A DNA stretch of 64,000 bases from Tubiluchus corallicola. Lineage: Eukaryota; Animalia; Priapulida. The notes below the pieces were generated by a model. The model worked only from the letters and a program-made list of their open reading frames with translations, made no database searches and had not been told where the DNA came from. Below are positions 27,301-37,500 of the stretch, piece after piece (within the stretch, counting starts at the first letter, position 1; each line of letters begins with the position of its first letter). A program made the translations under genes and the position numbers. The stretch covers positions 62,001 through 126,000 of the forward strand of contig JAQGDQ010000390.1 in NCBI GenBank assembly GCA_030141605.1, written 5' to 3'.

Positions 27301-29736
27301 CATTACCATCAGTCTAATACACAGTATCGGTAAATATGGACAATCAGCAAATTCGGAACAATGATTTTAGTGTAGTGTACTATATTTTATTACGAGTTAA
27401 AACCTGTGTCTTCCAAGTAATAAAAGCCTAAAATAGAGAAAGGTAAAAAACAAAAAGAATGAGAATGAATTATATGCACAAAAACATTAAATTGTTGGTA
27501 AATGCATGAAAAGGAGAGAAACTAAAGTTAAAAATTTGTGTAGTGTGTAGTGTGACTAAAAGTGTGTATGCATAAAATTTTTCAATATACAAATGAAAAA
27601 AAGCAAAATGGTACGGCTAGTGCTGACTACACTATGAAATACATCAATAAGACATACCTGCAAATGGTCGAGCTCCTGCCGAACATTCTTCATGTGGTTC
27701 CTGTTGTAACTGATGTTGTCCTTGCATCTTTCTAATTCCACTTTTACTTCTGTAAGCTTGTTTGTGTCTTCATGTAACTAGTGAAAATGAAACATTTAAC
27801 GACTGGTAACAATAGATCCACAATCTTGTTCAGTTACAGTTACAGTAAGCTCACATAAAAACTATAATAGTGAGTCGTTGAAATTGTTCATTTTCAGTTC
27901 AACCAAAATTCATTCACTTTTCCAAGACGATACATGTGTGCTTGCAAATCAAAACCATCTTCTAGCTGGCATAGTTAAAACTCTGTTATGATGTTTCAAA
28001 GTAAAATGCATCAAAAATTGGTCAAATATCAATTTTTGTTTTTTACAAAAACAAATGATAAATGAATTGGACTTTTACATTTTAACATCAAAACATTAGG
28101 AACTTGTTTAGAAAATACTAAACTCCTTATCCAGTTCTCTGTCTAAAAACTAGTATCGCATTTGTCAAAAGCACATATTTTCAAACTGCGATACTAGCTC
28201 GTGGAAGCAGTCATTTGGCTTGGGCTTTTTGCTGCTGCCAAGCCCAGATCTTTGTTTAGAAGAACCATGTATAGGATTTAATCATAACTTTAATGTGTTT
28301 TTGCAAAGTCCATAGCAACCGCCTGTTTGTTTGGTTGCTAAATGTTTTCTAACAGCACTTTTCTGGAGATTATGTTTTTCAGAGTGCAGCCTACACCTCA
28401 ACTTCAACGTGGATTATCTCAAGTTAGAAATGACATAACGCCCTGAACTTGGTACTAACAAGATCCTTATGAAATTCAGCTAGGATATGTGAATAACTAA
28501 AAATGCTTAACTGCTGACTTCCAGACATTTTTGCTGTGCAAGCACACATACAGTAACTTTTAAGGCTGACGCTTAATGTAATGACACTAATTGATAATAG
28601 TTTAATTGCTAAATACATTAATGAAAATACTATGCAGTCTGCATTTAAGTAAAACTGCAATTAATAAAACATAAAAAACAGTAAAATTGTGGCCAGCTAA
28701 CAAAGATAAATATAACACGACAGCATCCACTGCTATGCACCCGATGTTGATCAAATTCCAAATGACTCACAATTGACTGGCAAGACAGCCAAGAGATGTG
28801 TCTGCCTATCAAATCACACCTGTGGTAAAATTTGACAATATCAGAGTATAATATGACAGCAATGACAGGCCAGATAAAGTTCGAATTTAATAAGCAAAGG
28901 CGTTAGGACAGGAGTTTCATTTCAAGCATTAATGCAGACTATTTGTGGCGTTATTAACTGGTGAGTATTGTTATTTATTAGTAATTGATATTAATACTAA
29001 TAACAAGTTAGTTCCCTTGTAAAACCATTTTATTCACACTGAAGTAATAGTAATTGTAATAGTATGAGGAAATAATCCACCACTGCCACAATGTAAAACA
29101 CAGAACACCATTTTACAAAAAAGGACGACATGTGCATTGGCACTGTGCAAGTCATTTAATGTTGGCAGCTATTAATACGTTATACGATTACAATGATATT
29201 TCAATATTTCCAACTCTTGCACTTTTTAATATTGGATGAAAAGACAACGGGTAGGAATCCACAGCACGATCTACTGTATCTTCCAAAAGAGTAGTACAGA
29301 ATGCACAGGCAGGCGATCAATCAAACATCTATACTATATAGCATAAATTATTAGTTCTGTAATAATACTATAATTATTAATACTAATAATTAATAATACT
29401 TTTATTAATAGCTTATCTGTAGTCTGTATACTTTCAAACTAATGAGTAATGTCGGTAACGATAAAAAAAATAAAACTTAGTAAAAAACTTAATTTAATAG
29501 TAGACTTTCTTTGATATTACTCGCTTTTTCACTAAGTTATTCTATCGAGTAATTTAAAAATACTCCATATAATAACAAAAAGACGAGATTATATATTAAT
29601 ATTAATTATAATATTATTAAGTATTGTAGTCCATACTACATACCTTTTTTTCAATAGTTTTATTGGCTGCATTTGCCGCTGGGATTCTCGGACCCATCCA
29701 ACTCATTTCACTCAACACGCTTTCCACTGTATCCAT
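1780..29736 (-). CDS. CCDC39: Coiled-coil domain-containing protein 39 (axonemal 96-nm ruler), 21 coding exons, 934 aa
   Basis: GT-AG exons in transcript order: 29644-29736, 27658-27777, 26390-26536, 25292-25450, 24671-24763, 23904-24032, 21583-21774, 19792-19895, 19044-19185, 17779-17964, 15525-15689, 14313-14450, 13389-13505, 12024-12163, 9718-9793, 7951-8110, 6267-6373, 5463-5603, 4403-4465, 2814-2930, 1780-1995. Sum 2805 nt with phases consistent. Recognisable CCDC39 motifs: [69 protein letters not shown], Ser-rich C-terminal tail. Confidence 0.95.
2123..2488. mobile_element. Palindromic MITE (Harbinger-like ends); partial second copy at 1-121
   Basis: Ends agcctttccacagtt / aactgtgaaaaggct; inner inverted pair aggtcaaaggttaagtg / cacttaacctttgacct; 2164-2234 matches the reverse complement of 8-78, and 104-121 matches the right end. 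Confidence 0.65.
5614..5786. repeat. Compound (GA)n microsatellite
   Basis: Two (GA)n runs, each followed by caaacagacagagagacggaggaaggt. Confidence 0.95.
6395..7195. repeat. 38-39-bp minisatellite, ~20 copies
   Basis: Unit aaaaaacttctaaactgataagctaaacaaaacatcgt; lies next to the acceptor of the CCDC39 exon 6267-6373. Confidence 0.95.
8532..9518. mobile_element. Degenerate inverted-repeat element with subterminal short repeats
   Basis: Left end gggg..gacatg..agacgttt/agacattt motifs; right end aaatgtct/aagtgtcc/aaatgtcatgtacccc in inverted orientation. Confidence 0.45.
9941..11500. repeat. 60-bp minisatellite, ~17 homogeneous plus ~9 diverged copies
   Basis: Unit tttacagtaatagcagtttctaaacttaggtaagcaaaccaccagggatatagagaatgg aligns in the 60-nt columns from 9941 to 10980, then decays. 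Confidence 0.95.
12285..12806 (-). mobile_element. Two tandem copies of a ~230-bp tRNA-derived SINE-like element
   Basis: Direct repeats starting aaagacaagatttatttaccgtcgctcatttaa at 12285 and 12579; - strand head gtggctgagtggtctagattttggactgcaac resembles a tRNA A-box and anticodon arm. Confidence 0.6.
15305..15344. repeat. (TA)n microsatellite
   Basis: ~20 TA units; shorter runs at 243-262 and 14992-15016. Confidence 0.9.
16441..17797 (-). repeat. 35-bp minisatellite derived from the CCDC39 exon-10 3' end plus 5' splice site, ~24 copies, interrupted by a MITE
   Basis: - strand unit agagattatttataatcag|gtaattagctatgagt matches the true junction caagagattatttataatcag|gtaattggctatgagtaa at 17779. 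Confidence 0.95.
16889..17371 (-). mobile_element. pogo/Tigger-like non-autonomous element (483 bp)
   Basis: TIR ccgtattttccc(a/g)tgtataagagaccc at both ends; TA duplicated at 16887-16888 and 17372-17373; internal tgtataagagaccc subrepeats; acidic coding remnant [31 protein letters not shown] on - strand (~17113-16986). Confidence 0.9.
19265..19330 (+). mobile_element. Degenerate 5S rRNA-like segment (probable SINE part or pseudogene)
   Basis: aaattaagcaatgttgaccctggtcaataaatgcattggtgactgc resembles the 5S internal control region (box A, IE, box C); related copies at 22793-22841 (-) and 46171-46228 (+). Confidence 0.45.
20627..21394. repeat. 64-bp minisatellite, 12 near-identical copies
   Basis: Unit cttgaggtggacagagttgagtgaagccacaatcttcaacatcattatcaatacaggtcatcta; 768 bp = 12 x 64. 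Confidence 0.95.
22219..22596. mobile_element. Harbinger-like MITE
   Basis: ggcaggtttaggtcgacct ... aggttgacctaaacttgac inverted ends, flanked by taa and tta. Confidence 0.55.
22793..22841 (-). mobile_element. 5S rRNA-like segment
   Basis: Reverse complement gatagttaagcagtgttgaatatggttagttagtgaattggtgaccatc resembles 5S box A to box C. Confidence 0.45.
23326..23575 (-). mobile_element. tRNA-derived SINE with (ATT)n tail
   Basis: - strand head tagcgtagaggtaatac..ggaggtcgtgagttcgatgc (A and B boxes); body ends aaataaag(att)n. Confidence 0.65.
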
Positions 29737-29842
29737 CTTTAATTCAATTACAAATTCGATTATTTTCACTAAAACGAAGATTAATAATTCAAAATGCCTC
29801 ACAAAATCACAGCAATAACTTGTTTGCGTCTGATTATTAGTG

Positions 29843-29874
29843 GTTGCTAGGTTTCTTGTTTTGCTGCCACCTAT
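29843..29874 (-). promoter_or_regulatory. Candidate RFX X-box half-site and CTCF-like motif ~110-135 nt upstream of the CCDC39 ATG
   Basis: - strand cctagcaac (RFX half-site) and cataggtggcagc. Motif match only. Confidence 0.4.
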
Positions 29875-31712
29875 GAAGTGGCAAAGAAATGAAAATTCAT
29901 GAAGCCAGCCATGCCTTAATAAGTAAAACTGATTTAGTTGTAAATTTTTGTGTACGCACAGCTTGCTTAACTTACGCAATCTTTTGAGAAAAACAAAATA
30001 GGCCTTGATAACTTAATGCAATATCTCTAATTTTGGATTATGTAACAGTTTAAAAATTGCTTTCAAGTGAATAAAAAAACTGTATACACTATACAGTAAT
30101 GACTAATGCGATGTTCCTGAAAAAAGTTAAACACACTAAACTAACATGGTTTACAAAGCCACTATTATTATTATAATTATTTTTTAATTTTGCTTATAAT
30201 ATATGTGGGAGGTTGTAGTGCATTATTCTATTTCTGGTTTTTACAGAGATGCAGCAATCATGCCCAATTAAATTACAAAGCCATTCTGCAGCAATCATGC
30301 AGTAGATTCAGAATTTTTTACACTGTTAATTAAAATAAGTAAATTTAATAGCTTTTTAGTACGTTTGACAGTATGACATAAATTGGAATTAACTTAAAAT
30401 AAAACCTTGCTTCCGTATTGCTTCATAATTGTATAGAAACAGAGAAAAAGTAAAAGAACAAAATGCAAACATAAAATTTAATAACAGCATAAATAACTAG
30501 TTTATATTTTTGATTCTGTGCAAAGCACACAAGAAAGCATCACTTTCTATCATCAAATCAAATGCAATATCAAATTTTATCAAGTATTTTGCATTCATTA
30601 AAATTTGTAGCATGATACTATTAGACTATGTAGACTGTGGAACTATACAAAAATGTTAGTTAATCCAGTGCAACTCACATCTCTGGATATCGAGGGTACA
30701 AAGGTGTTTAAATGCAATAGAATGCATTCGGTCTTCTCTCTTAAGATACAATCTCAATAGATCTTAATACGATATCTCTCTTAAGATCGAATTTAGGATT
30801 TCTGGCTATATAATTATGCAATACAGTGCTGTGAAATTTAAGCAATCAATCAATATACACAATTTGCAAAAACTCACAGATAAGAATATCTTTGTGAAGT
30901 TCCTCTATAAAATACTTTTATAATGCGAGGCATTTATATACATTATAAACCTTAAACTTTGTGATTTTTAAAAATTCATTTATAATCTGTAACTATAATA
31001 ATTAGTCGCAATGGGGCATATAGCTATGCAGGACTATTTACAAACACATGTTCCTGATGGACAATTGTTTATAAAATCTCCGATATAAAATTATACATTC
31101 CATGTAGTAACTTTTATAAAGATATTCCTCTGTGTGATTAAAATTCAGCAATCGTTTCCTGCACAACTGTTTTTATTTTAAGATAGCAAGTCACTGTGCA
31201 AAACAACATTAAAAAATGCCCAAAAATGCTAGGTGAATATTAAGGGCAAGTTAAATATCTACTGCATGTATAGCACAATCTAACAAGCTAATTTCCTTTT
31301 TAGTTTACAATTTTAAAATAAAATTATTTTAAGAACATTAAAAAACAATGATAAAAAACATTGATGTAAAATCTAGAAGTAACTAACAAACAAAAAACAT
31401 AAATGCATAACCTTTCATTGTGCATTCATGTTTTTTACAATTGTATTATTTTAGAAGTCATCCTATTAGAGTGCTACAAAGTATAGTATCCAATATACAT
31501 TGTTTCCAAACAATGATAAACTAAGACTTTTATTTTTACAATCAAATGTAATCAAATCAAAAAAATTCAAAAGCAAAAGTCACATCTACATATAAGTATA
31601 TGACATACTATATAGCTCGTAGTCCTGAATTAATGCAACAATTACTGAAAATCATAGGCGAAGTGATACTAAGCTATCGTTGCAAAAAATAACAGTGTGA
31701 TAGTAAATGAAA

Positions 31713-34700
31713 TTAATTTGATAATACTTTATCAACATTATTATTGGAAAACTGATTAACAATCTGCCGAACCATACAGTCAAACTCAGTAAGTACATTT
31801 GGGTCCCAGTCAACTTCTCGGATTTTTGCACAATAGTTTTCAAACGACTCTAAATGCAACAATTTGTTGTTCAACAACAAAACAACTAAAAATCCCAACT
31901 TTTGCAATGACAGCTTTAGGTGTCGTTTTTGCAGCACCTGATGCAACAGAGTAACCGACATCATTTCCTCAACATACTGGGTTACACCAAAATGGTTGAG
32001 CCACAAATTAACAAACTGCAGTTGAAGCATTTCTGAAACACATTCCGGTTGTGTGACAATCAGCGCTACATTCAAGTCAACTGTCACAGTTCCGATGGTC
32101 TTTTTTACAGCAGGCATAAGGTCCTGTCTGCGGAGAACAGTTTCCTCTGCAATTTTTAAGAGTGATATAACCTCATCAGTAGTCACAAGGTTATGCTGCA
32201 ATAAAAGGCACTTCAAAAAACGTTTTACTGCCATGATTACCTCTGATGGGGCAAAAGCATTATCAGAATGTACAAGAGCTGATGTCTCTATGATTTCATC
32301 ACTGGTTTCCTGGGACAATTCTCTGGCTTTTATGGTCTTTGCTATAGCAGCAGTCAGCTCTGACTGCAAAGCACTTTCTGTTACATGTGCTCTACACCAT
32401 GCCATAACTTTCTCTACTGCTATATGCACAGCTACTGAAAAGCATGTAGAGATAATACGAGTACTTGAATCATATGACAAAACAGATGGAATAACCGTGA
32501 TAAGTCTTTCGTGGCACAGTTTATAGGCTGTTTCCTGCACAGCATTATAAAGAAATAATTTAACATTTGTAGCTTCTGTGCAAATCTTCTCAGTCATTTG
32601 CTCATCAGATAAATCCTTAATAGTACACTCCTTCACAAATGTGTTCAATTTATCCAAAGCAGTTGCTTTAGCATCAGACACCAATGTCTTCTGGAATTTT
32701 TCAATGACACAAGAAGATACTCGGTCAGCAGTAAACTCTACAGACCTTTTAATATTAGGATTTTGATTATTAAAGAAATTTTCCTCTAGGTGTGATTTCA
32801 GCTGCTTGGACGATGGTGGGACAGACTCGGGTTTTGTCGATTTAGGTGTAATTTTCCTAGCAACACATTTACTGTTTTTACCCGTAACAAATTCACCCAA
32901 CAGCTGTTTTAGCTCAGCCAAGTATGGACAACAACTATACAAAATGGAGTGGTCAACAAGACCAAGGACACAATCTACCTGTTGACGTTTTAACAGAAGT
33001 TGCACTGGAAGGTCATTTTCACCATTACTCACAATTTCTAAGAAAAGCGTATTGGGAAAGATCGGCAGTTCAAACAGCCACCCAAGCATTGTCACACATA
33101 GTAAGGCGTTTAGGTTAAAAGACGATGAACCCATTTTTAATTCATCAGATAGATAAATCCTCAGCAAGAATTTAAGTACATTGAGGTAGTAAGGCAGACG
33201 AGGGGATACTTCATCCATCATGCTCAAATATTCAATAACCCAAGGAAGCGTAATAACTAATCGATGTGATTCGTAAGCCTGTTGTATGTGACACACAATG
33301 TCAATCGGTGGCAGAACACAGCTCCGTACATCAATTTCCGCATTTTGCACACTTTCGGGTAAACGTGTGGAGTTTCTATATGGCAGAAAAACAAGAAAAC
33401 CCAAGAACTTTGCAAGCAATCGAAGACTTTCTAGTGTGCTTGCATAGCTATTTCTCTCATCTTTGCCTAATTCTGTGGTGCAAGCATCACTTTCAGATAG
33501 TGTCACAGTCATGTCATTCAGTTCTGTGATCTGCGAAACTAAGCTGTCAATCAAATGCTGGTTAAATGCAACATCATTTGCAATTAAGATAAAATCGCGA
33601 AAAAATTCTTGCATCCCAGAGAAAGATGGTGAAGGGCAAGGTCCTAGCAATGTTGACGGAATAACAAATCTCTCTTGGAGACGCTTGAATTTCAGTGGAT
33701 CAACTTTTTTCAATTCTCCCAATAATCCAAGTGAATTTCCATCTGAAGTAATATTACATATATTGACCTTGTCTTTACACATTGCTAATAACTGAGCTAA
33801 AAATAGCCTAGCAAAGTGCAGATAATTTGTGATTTCTCCCTTCGCTGAGAATATGTAGCGAATCTTGCGGTATAATTTTGTGCCCAAGGACCAACCCGAC
33901 ACCGTGCGATTGCTTTCCCACTCCCTTATTACCTCATAGAACTCATCCCGTTGCTTCCGAAAAAGATGAAAAGACTTATCACTAGGGAAATTCCTTCTGT
34001 TATCAGTGTCAGCATGAAAAAATACACTACTAGCGGATGCCTCTTCAAATGATGGTACGCAACTATAATCATCCTTGCAAACCAAATCAATGTATTCTTT
34101 CAGATTTGCATTAAACAAGACTACCCTGGGATTATCAGATAATAAACGCAGCACTTTCTTGTCTAGTAAACCTACCAATGCTTTAAGGTTGTCTAAAACC
34201 TTTACTGAAAAATACACACAATTGTGAATGGAATTCAGGTATTGGTTAGGTTCTACTGCATGTAGCTCTGTGACAACTTCATTTTTGCACACTAAAAGTT
34301 GCATTATAAAATATAATTCTAGTGCTATGTTAGGCACCAGATTTTCTCCAATTATGCCAGAATAGACCTCTGCAAGTATATTCAGCTGTTCAACGTTAGT
34401 CACTTGTGACAGGTCAACAGCAACATTTTCATAAATTTTATCAAGCCGATGAGGTCTTGTTTTTTTGGGTGTGACAAATAACTGTTCTGCATTTTTGTAG
34501 CTGGAAGGTGACACTGAAACAGTCAAACAGTCTAAAGATTGGTTGCTTAACAGTTCAGAACTATTTTTCTTACTAGCACTGGAACTCGATTCCGATTCCT
34601 TAAACAAATTTTTCTTCGCAGATAAATTAGTGGAGTCATCCAAATATAGATTTTGAAACTTTTCACTGTAACTGGGTTTCAAAGCTTCATATGAACTATT

Positions 34701-35435
34701 CCCTGACAAAATAAATCGTTCACTTTCTGCCACATCTTCACTTTTGATAAGCATTGGCGTAATACGTCTGCTTTTCTTCTCACTTGAACCAATCGCTGAC
34801 ACAGGAAGTGGTGGAAAATCATCTGAACTCAAATTAAAACTAGCACAATTTGTCGGTGCACGTTGACCTTCAACTTCAAACTTCCTGTATAGTTCTTTTG
34901 ACTTGTTAGAATTGCGACGATTTCTACTGCATGGTCTTCTCTTTGATTTCTTACTTGGACTAGATAACGTGTCGCTCACGTTTTTCCCAAGTGAAATCTC
35001 TGAAGAACAGTCATCATTTATAAGACATGTCTCCCATTTACTTCGAGCACTAGATTCCTTTCCTTTGTTAAATGGCGTTAAGTGAGGCGAGTCCGGCAAA
35101 GTTGCAGGTGATACAAAAGATGATCCTCCATTAATTGGCGACGAGGTAAAAAGCTGCGCGCGACTTGATCCAGTTCCCTTCTTGTTACACAATTTTCCAG
35201 TTTTCATACTAACGGGCGTTTTTACGGGAGTTTGTTGATACTGAGTTTGCAAGACATTGTACGACTGGTCACGTAAAAAATTCACAAAGAACGGAATAAA
35301 ATCCTGCTTTATTTCATTTAACTGTTCTAGCTCCTTTGGTATTGCGCATGTTGGATCAGCAACATCACGGATCCACTGCAACAAGAATGTTGTTTTGATT
35401 TGACCACTAAAAAGTAAATCTAAAACAACCGCCAT
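31713..35435 (-). CDS. CDAN1: Codanin-1 (ASF1-binding protein), single uninterrupted 1240-aa ORF
   Basis: Motifs typical of codanin-1: FIPFFVNFLRDQ, SRRITP, NLVPNIALELYFIMQLL, DTDNRRNFPSDKSFHLFRKQRDEFYE, KRLQERF, LRLLAKFLGFLVFLPY, LVITLPWVIEYLSMMD, CCPYLAELKQLL, LEENFFNNQ..SVEFTADRVSS. Confidence 0.95.
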   Translation of the reverse strand: MAVVLDLLFSGQIKTTFLLQWIRDVADPTCAIPKELEQLNEIKQDFIPFFVNFLRDQSYNVLQTQYQQTPVKTPVSMKTGKLCNKKGTGSSRAQLFTSSPINGGSSFVSPATLPDSPHLTPFNKGKESSARSKWETCLINDDCSSEISLGKNVSDTLSSPSKKSKRRPCSRNRRNSNKSKELYRKFEVEGQRAPTNCASFNLSSDDFPPLPVSAIGSSEKKSRRITPMLIKSEDVAESERFILSGNSSYEALKPSYSEKFQNLYLDDSTNLSAKKNLFKESESSSSASKKNSSELLSNQSLDCLTVSVSPSSYKNAEQLFVTPKKTRPHRLDKIYENVAVDLSQVTNVEQLNILAEVYSGIIGENLVPNIALELYFIMQLLVCKNEVVTELHAVEPNQYLNSIHNCVYFSVKVLDNLKALVGLLDKKVLRLLSDNPRVVLFNANLKEYIDLVCKDDYSCVPSFEEASASSVFFHADTDNRRNFPSDKSFHLFRKQRDEFYEVIREWESNRTVSGWSLGTKLYRKIRYIFSAKGEITNYLHFARLFLAQLLAMCKDKVNICNITSDGNSLGLLGELKKVDPLKFKRLQERFVIPSTLLGPCPSPSFSGMQEFFRDFILIANDVAFNQHLIDSLVSQITELNDMTVTLSESDACTTELGKDERNSYASTLESLRLLAKFLGFLVFLPYRNSTRLPESVQNAEIDVRSCVLPPIDIVCHIQQAYESHRLVITLPWVIEYLSMMDEVSPRLPYYLNVLKFLLRIYLSDELKMGSSSFNLNALLCVTMLGWLFELPIFPNTLFLEIVSNGENDLPVQLLLKRQQVDCVLGLVDHSILYSCCPYLAELKQLLGEFVTGKNSKCVARKITPKSTKPESVPPSSKQLKSHLEENFFNNQNPNIKRSVEFTADRVSSCVIEKFQKTLVSDAKATALDKLNTFVKECTIKDLSDEQMTEKICTEATNVKLFLYNAVQETAYKLCHERLITVIPSVLSYDSSTRIISTCFSVAVHIAVEKVMAWCRAHVTESALQSELTAAIAKTIKARELSQETSDEIIETSALVHSDNAFAPSEVIMAVKRFLKCLLLQHNLVTTDEVISLLKIAEETVLRRQDLMPAVKKTIGTVTVDLNVALIVTQPECVSEMLQLQFVNLWLNHFGVTQYVEEMMSVTLLHQVLQKRHLKLSLQKLGFLVVLLLNNKLLHLESFENYCAKIREVDWDPNVLTEFDCMVRQIVNQFSNNNVDKVLSN

Positions 35436-35938
35436 GCTTCTTTCGCAAGAATATGAATGATCGTCATTTCTTGGACTCGCGAAGAGTCATTGACTTGGTA
35501 CCCAAACAGGATGTCGAGTTTTTTTAATGAATAATTTTTAATAATTGAGTTATTTATTACAGTGTTTAAAAGCCCTTGCAAACGATTCCTTCACTTGTCC
35601 ACACCAGTTGAGCGGAACAAGACAAAGAATATTTGAAGAATCAAGAGAAATCAGAATGGGAAAACTAAAAAAAAAATCAAAATAAAATCTGCATTTTAAC
35701 ACGCATGCAATAATAAAGTTTAGCACAAAATTAAGATTTTGGAAAACAATCATGGCCACGGAAGAAGTGTCGCACGAAATTCTAGCATGCAGCATTAAAG
35801 GCATTTTTAATGTTAAGCTCAAATTATGACTTAAATATTTGTCCACACCATGGTTCTCATAGCACATGCTGCTATTATTAGTACAACACAATTGGTTTTT
35901 CACAAATTCTTCCTAACCCAACTGTCATATTAATATAA

Positions 35939-37500
35939 TTATCTTTTAATCTTTTCTACATCTTTAATTCTAATGGTTGTAGCATACTGCTTGGCTCTGA
36001 ATTGCAAGTCTACAAGTGTCTTTATGAAAATAAAGCCAGCAGAGCATGAAGCTACCATATACTTGTTTCGGCTGGTATGCTTGGAGCCATCGTTTTTGAC
36101 ATGCACATGGTCACCAGGGCGAAATTCACCGCTGTGAGGGTGGACTAGCTGTTTTAGGTGTTTTTGCAATAGCACTTGACAAATGATTCTGGGAGTGATT
36201 GTGCTGCAGTTGTTGAGCTAAAAACTCATGTGACATGGTAATTAAGTTGAGCAAAAGTGTCACTATCATGCTGATGTAAAATTTCTTTGACAGACAGACC
36301 ACCTTTGATGATTTCTAATTGTGGAGTTTAGAATGAATACAGTTACAGCTAAAGTTGCATCTGTAAGAGGGCCACCATCGGGGCACGTTTTTTATTTCAA
36401 CTTCCAATTTTTGAATAGTTTTTTCATTTTGGGGTTTTTGGTTAATGTTTTTGAGCCTCCTTACTTCCAAAGTAATACCATGACATTTGAGGCGGAAATT
36501 CCCTGTAAGGGATTGCCAGGGTGGCTCTATCAACACGAATGACAGCACATGAAGAAACTTAAATCTCCTGTAATTTTAACAAATGCATCTCATAAGCATA
36601 TTGCATTCTCATTAAGTATAAGTTTAGCCTGTGTAAAGGCAGAGAATGAATCTCTCACCACGAGTATTTTCTGCCTGGTTCGGCAAAGAATATCGGCTGA
36701 AAATTTACCCAATGGGGTAAGAGGAGGATCAGTTGTGTGAGTTGTAATCCGAGAGGAAGTGTAGCCAGTGCACTACCATGAGCAGAGGAAGCAGTAACTG
36801 AATGGATGTAATGATCGACATTAAAGGCATAGTAGACTCAAGAAAGACTTTCTAAAGTTGAGATTTAGTTGGATGATATAAAAGTAGTATCTTTTTGCTG
36901 TTACAAATTACATAAGAACTGAACAAATGCTGCCACAGCTGACAGCTCCATCATAAGTTACAATAAGTTGATTGATAGTGTGTGGGATGGTGACAGTTTC
37001 AGGATTATTAAGGATAGTTTAGGCATGAGTAAAAGCTTGTGATAGATTGCCTGTCCACTCAACATGCTGATGCGAATCTTTGCCAGTAACTGCATTCGAT
37101 GGGTGAGAGCAAGGCCGAGCATTGAGATGTGCATGTTTTGACATGGTAATCTGCACTAAACTATGAACACAAGCCTTTAACCATGGTTTATTGCATGTAG
37201 TGACGGGGCTGATCTCATAGAAACTGGGAAACTCTAATAGATTCAAGAGACCATGTCAATGCTGCGAGCAATGGCATTGCCCCTAACACATAAATCATCT
37301 GCTAGCTTCCCAATTGAACCTTGCTTTCATGTCACCTAAAACTCTTGCCATTAAATAATCTAGATGTTCACTTGAACGGCGCATACCCATAGCTGCTTTG
37401 TATGACCTCATAGACATTTAAAGGGTGTCATAATTAACATCCAGATATTTCAAAGAAGATCATATAAAACCCAAGACCTCCCAAAACAATCAAAGATGTC
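35939..37500 (-). mobile_element. Decayed, internally deleted Ty3/Gypsy-like pol relic
   Basis: Frameshifted fragments: RT-like TPFK..AAMGMP..YLMARVLGD..GKLADDL (~37260-37450); integrase-like LVVRDSFSAFT, VIRVD, KNINQKPQNEKTIQKLEVEIK; C-terminal FRPGDHVHVKNDGSKHTSRNKYMV. RT precedes integrase. No LTRs seen. Confidence 0.7.

Noticed and set aside
29737-29979. N-terminal extension of CCDC39 implied by ORF 29617-29979
   Set aside because: Begins at a non-ATG codon; homology to CCDC39 starts at the ATG at 29736.
32053-35085. Several + strand ORFs within CDAN1
   Set aside because: Antisense shadows of a long coding sequence, with no recognisable motifs.
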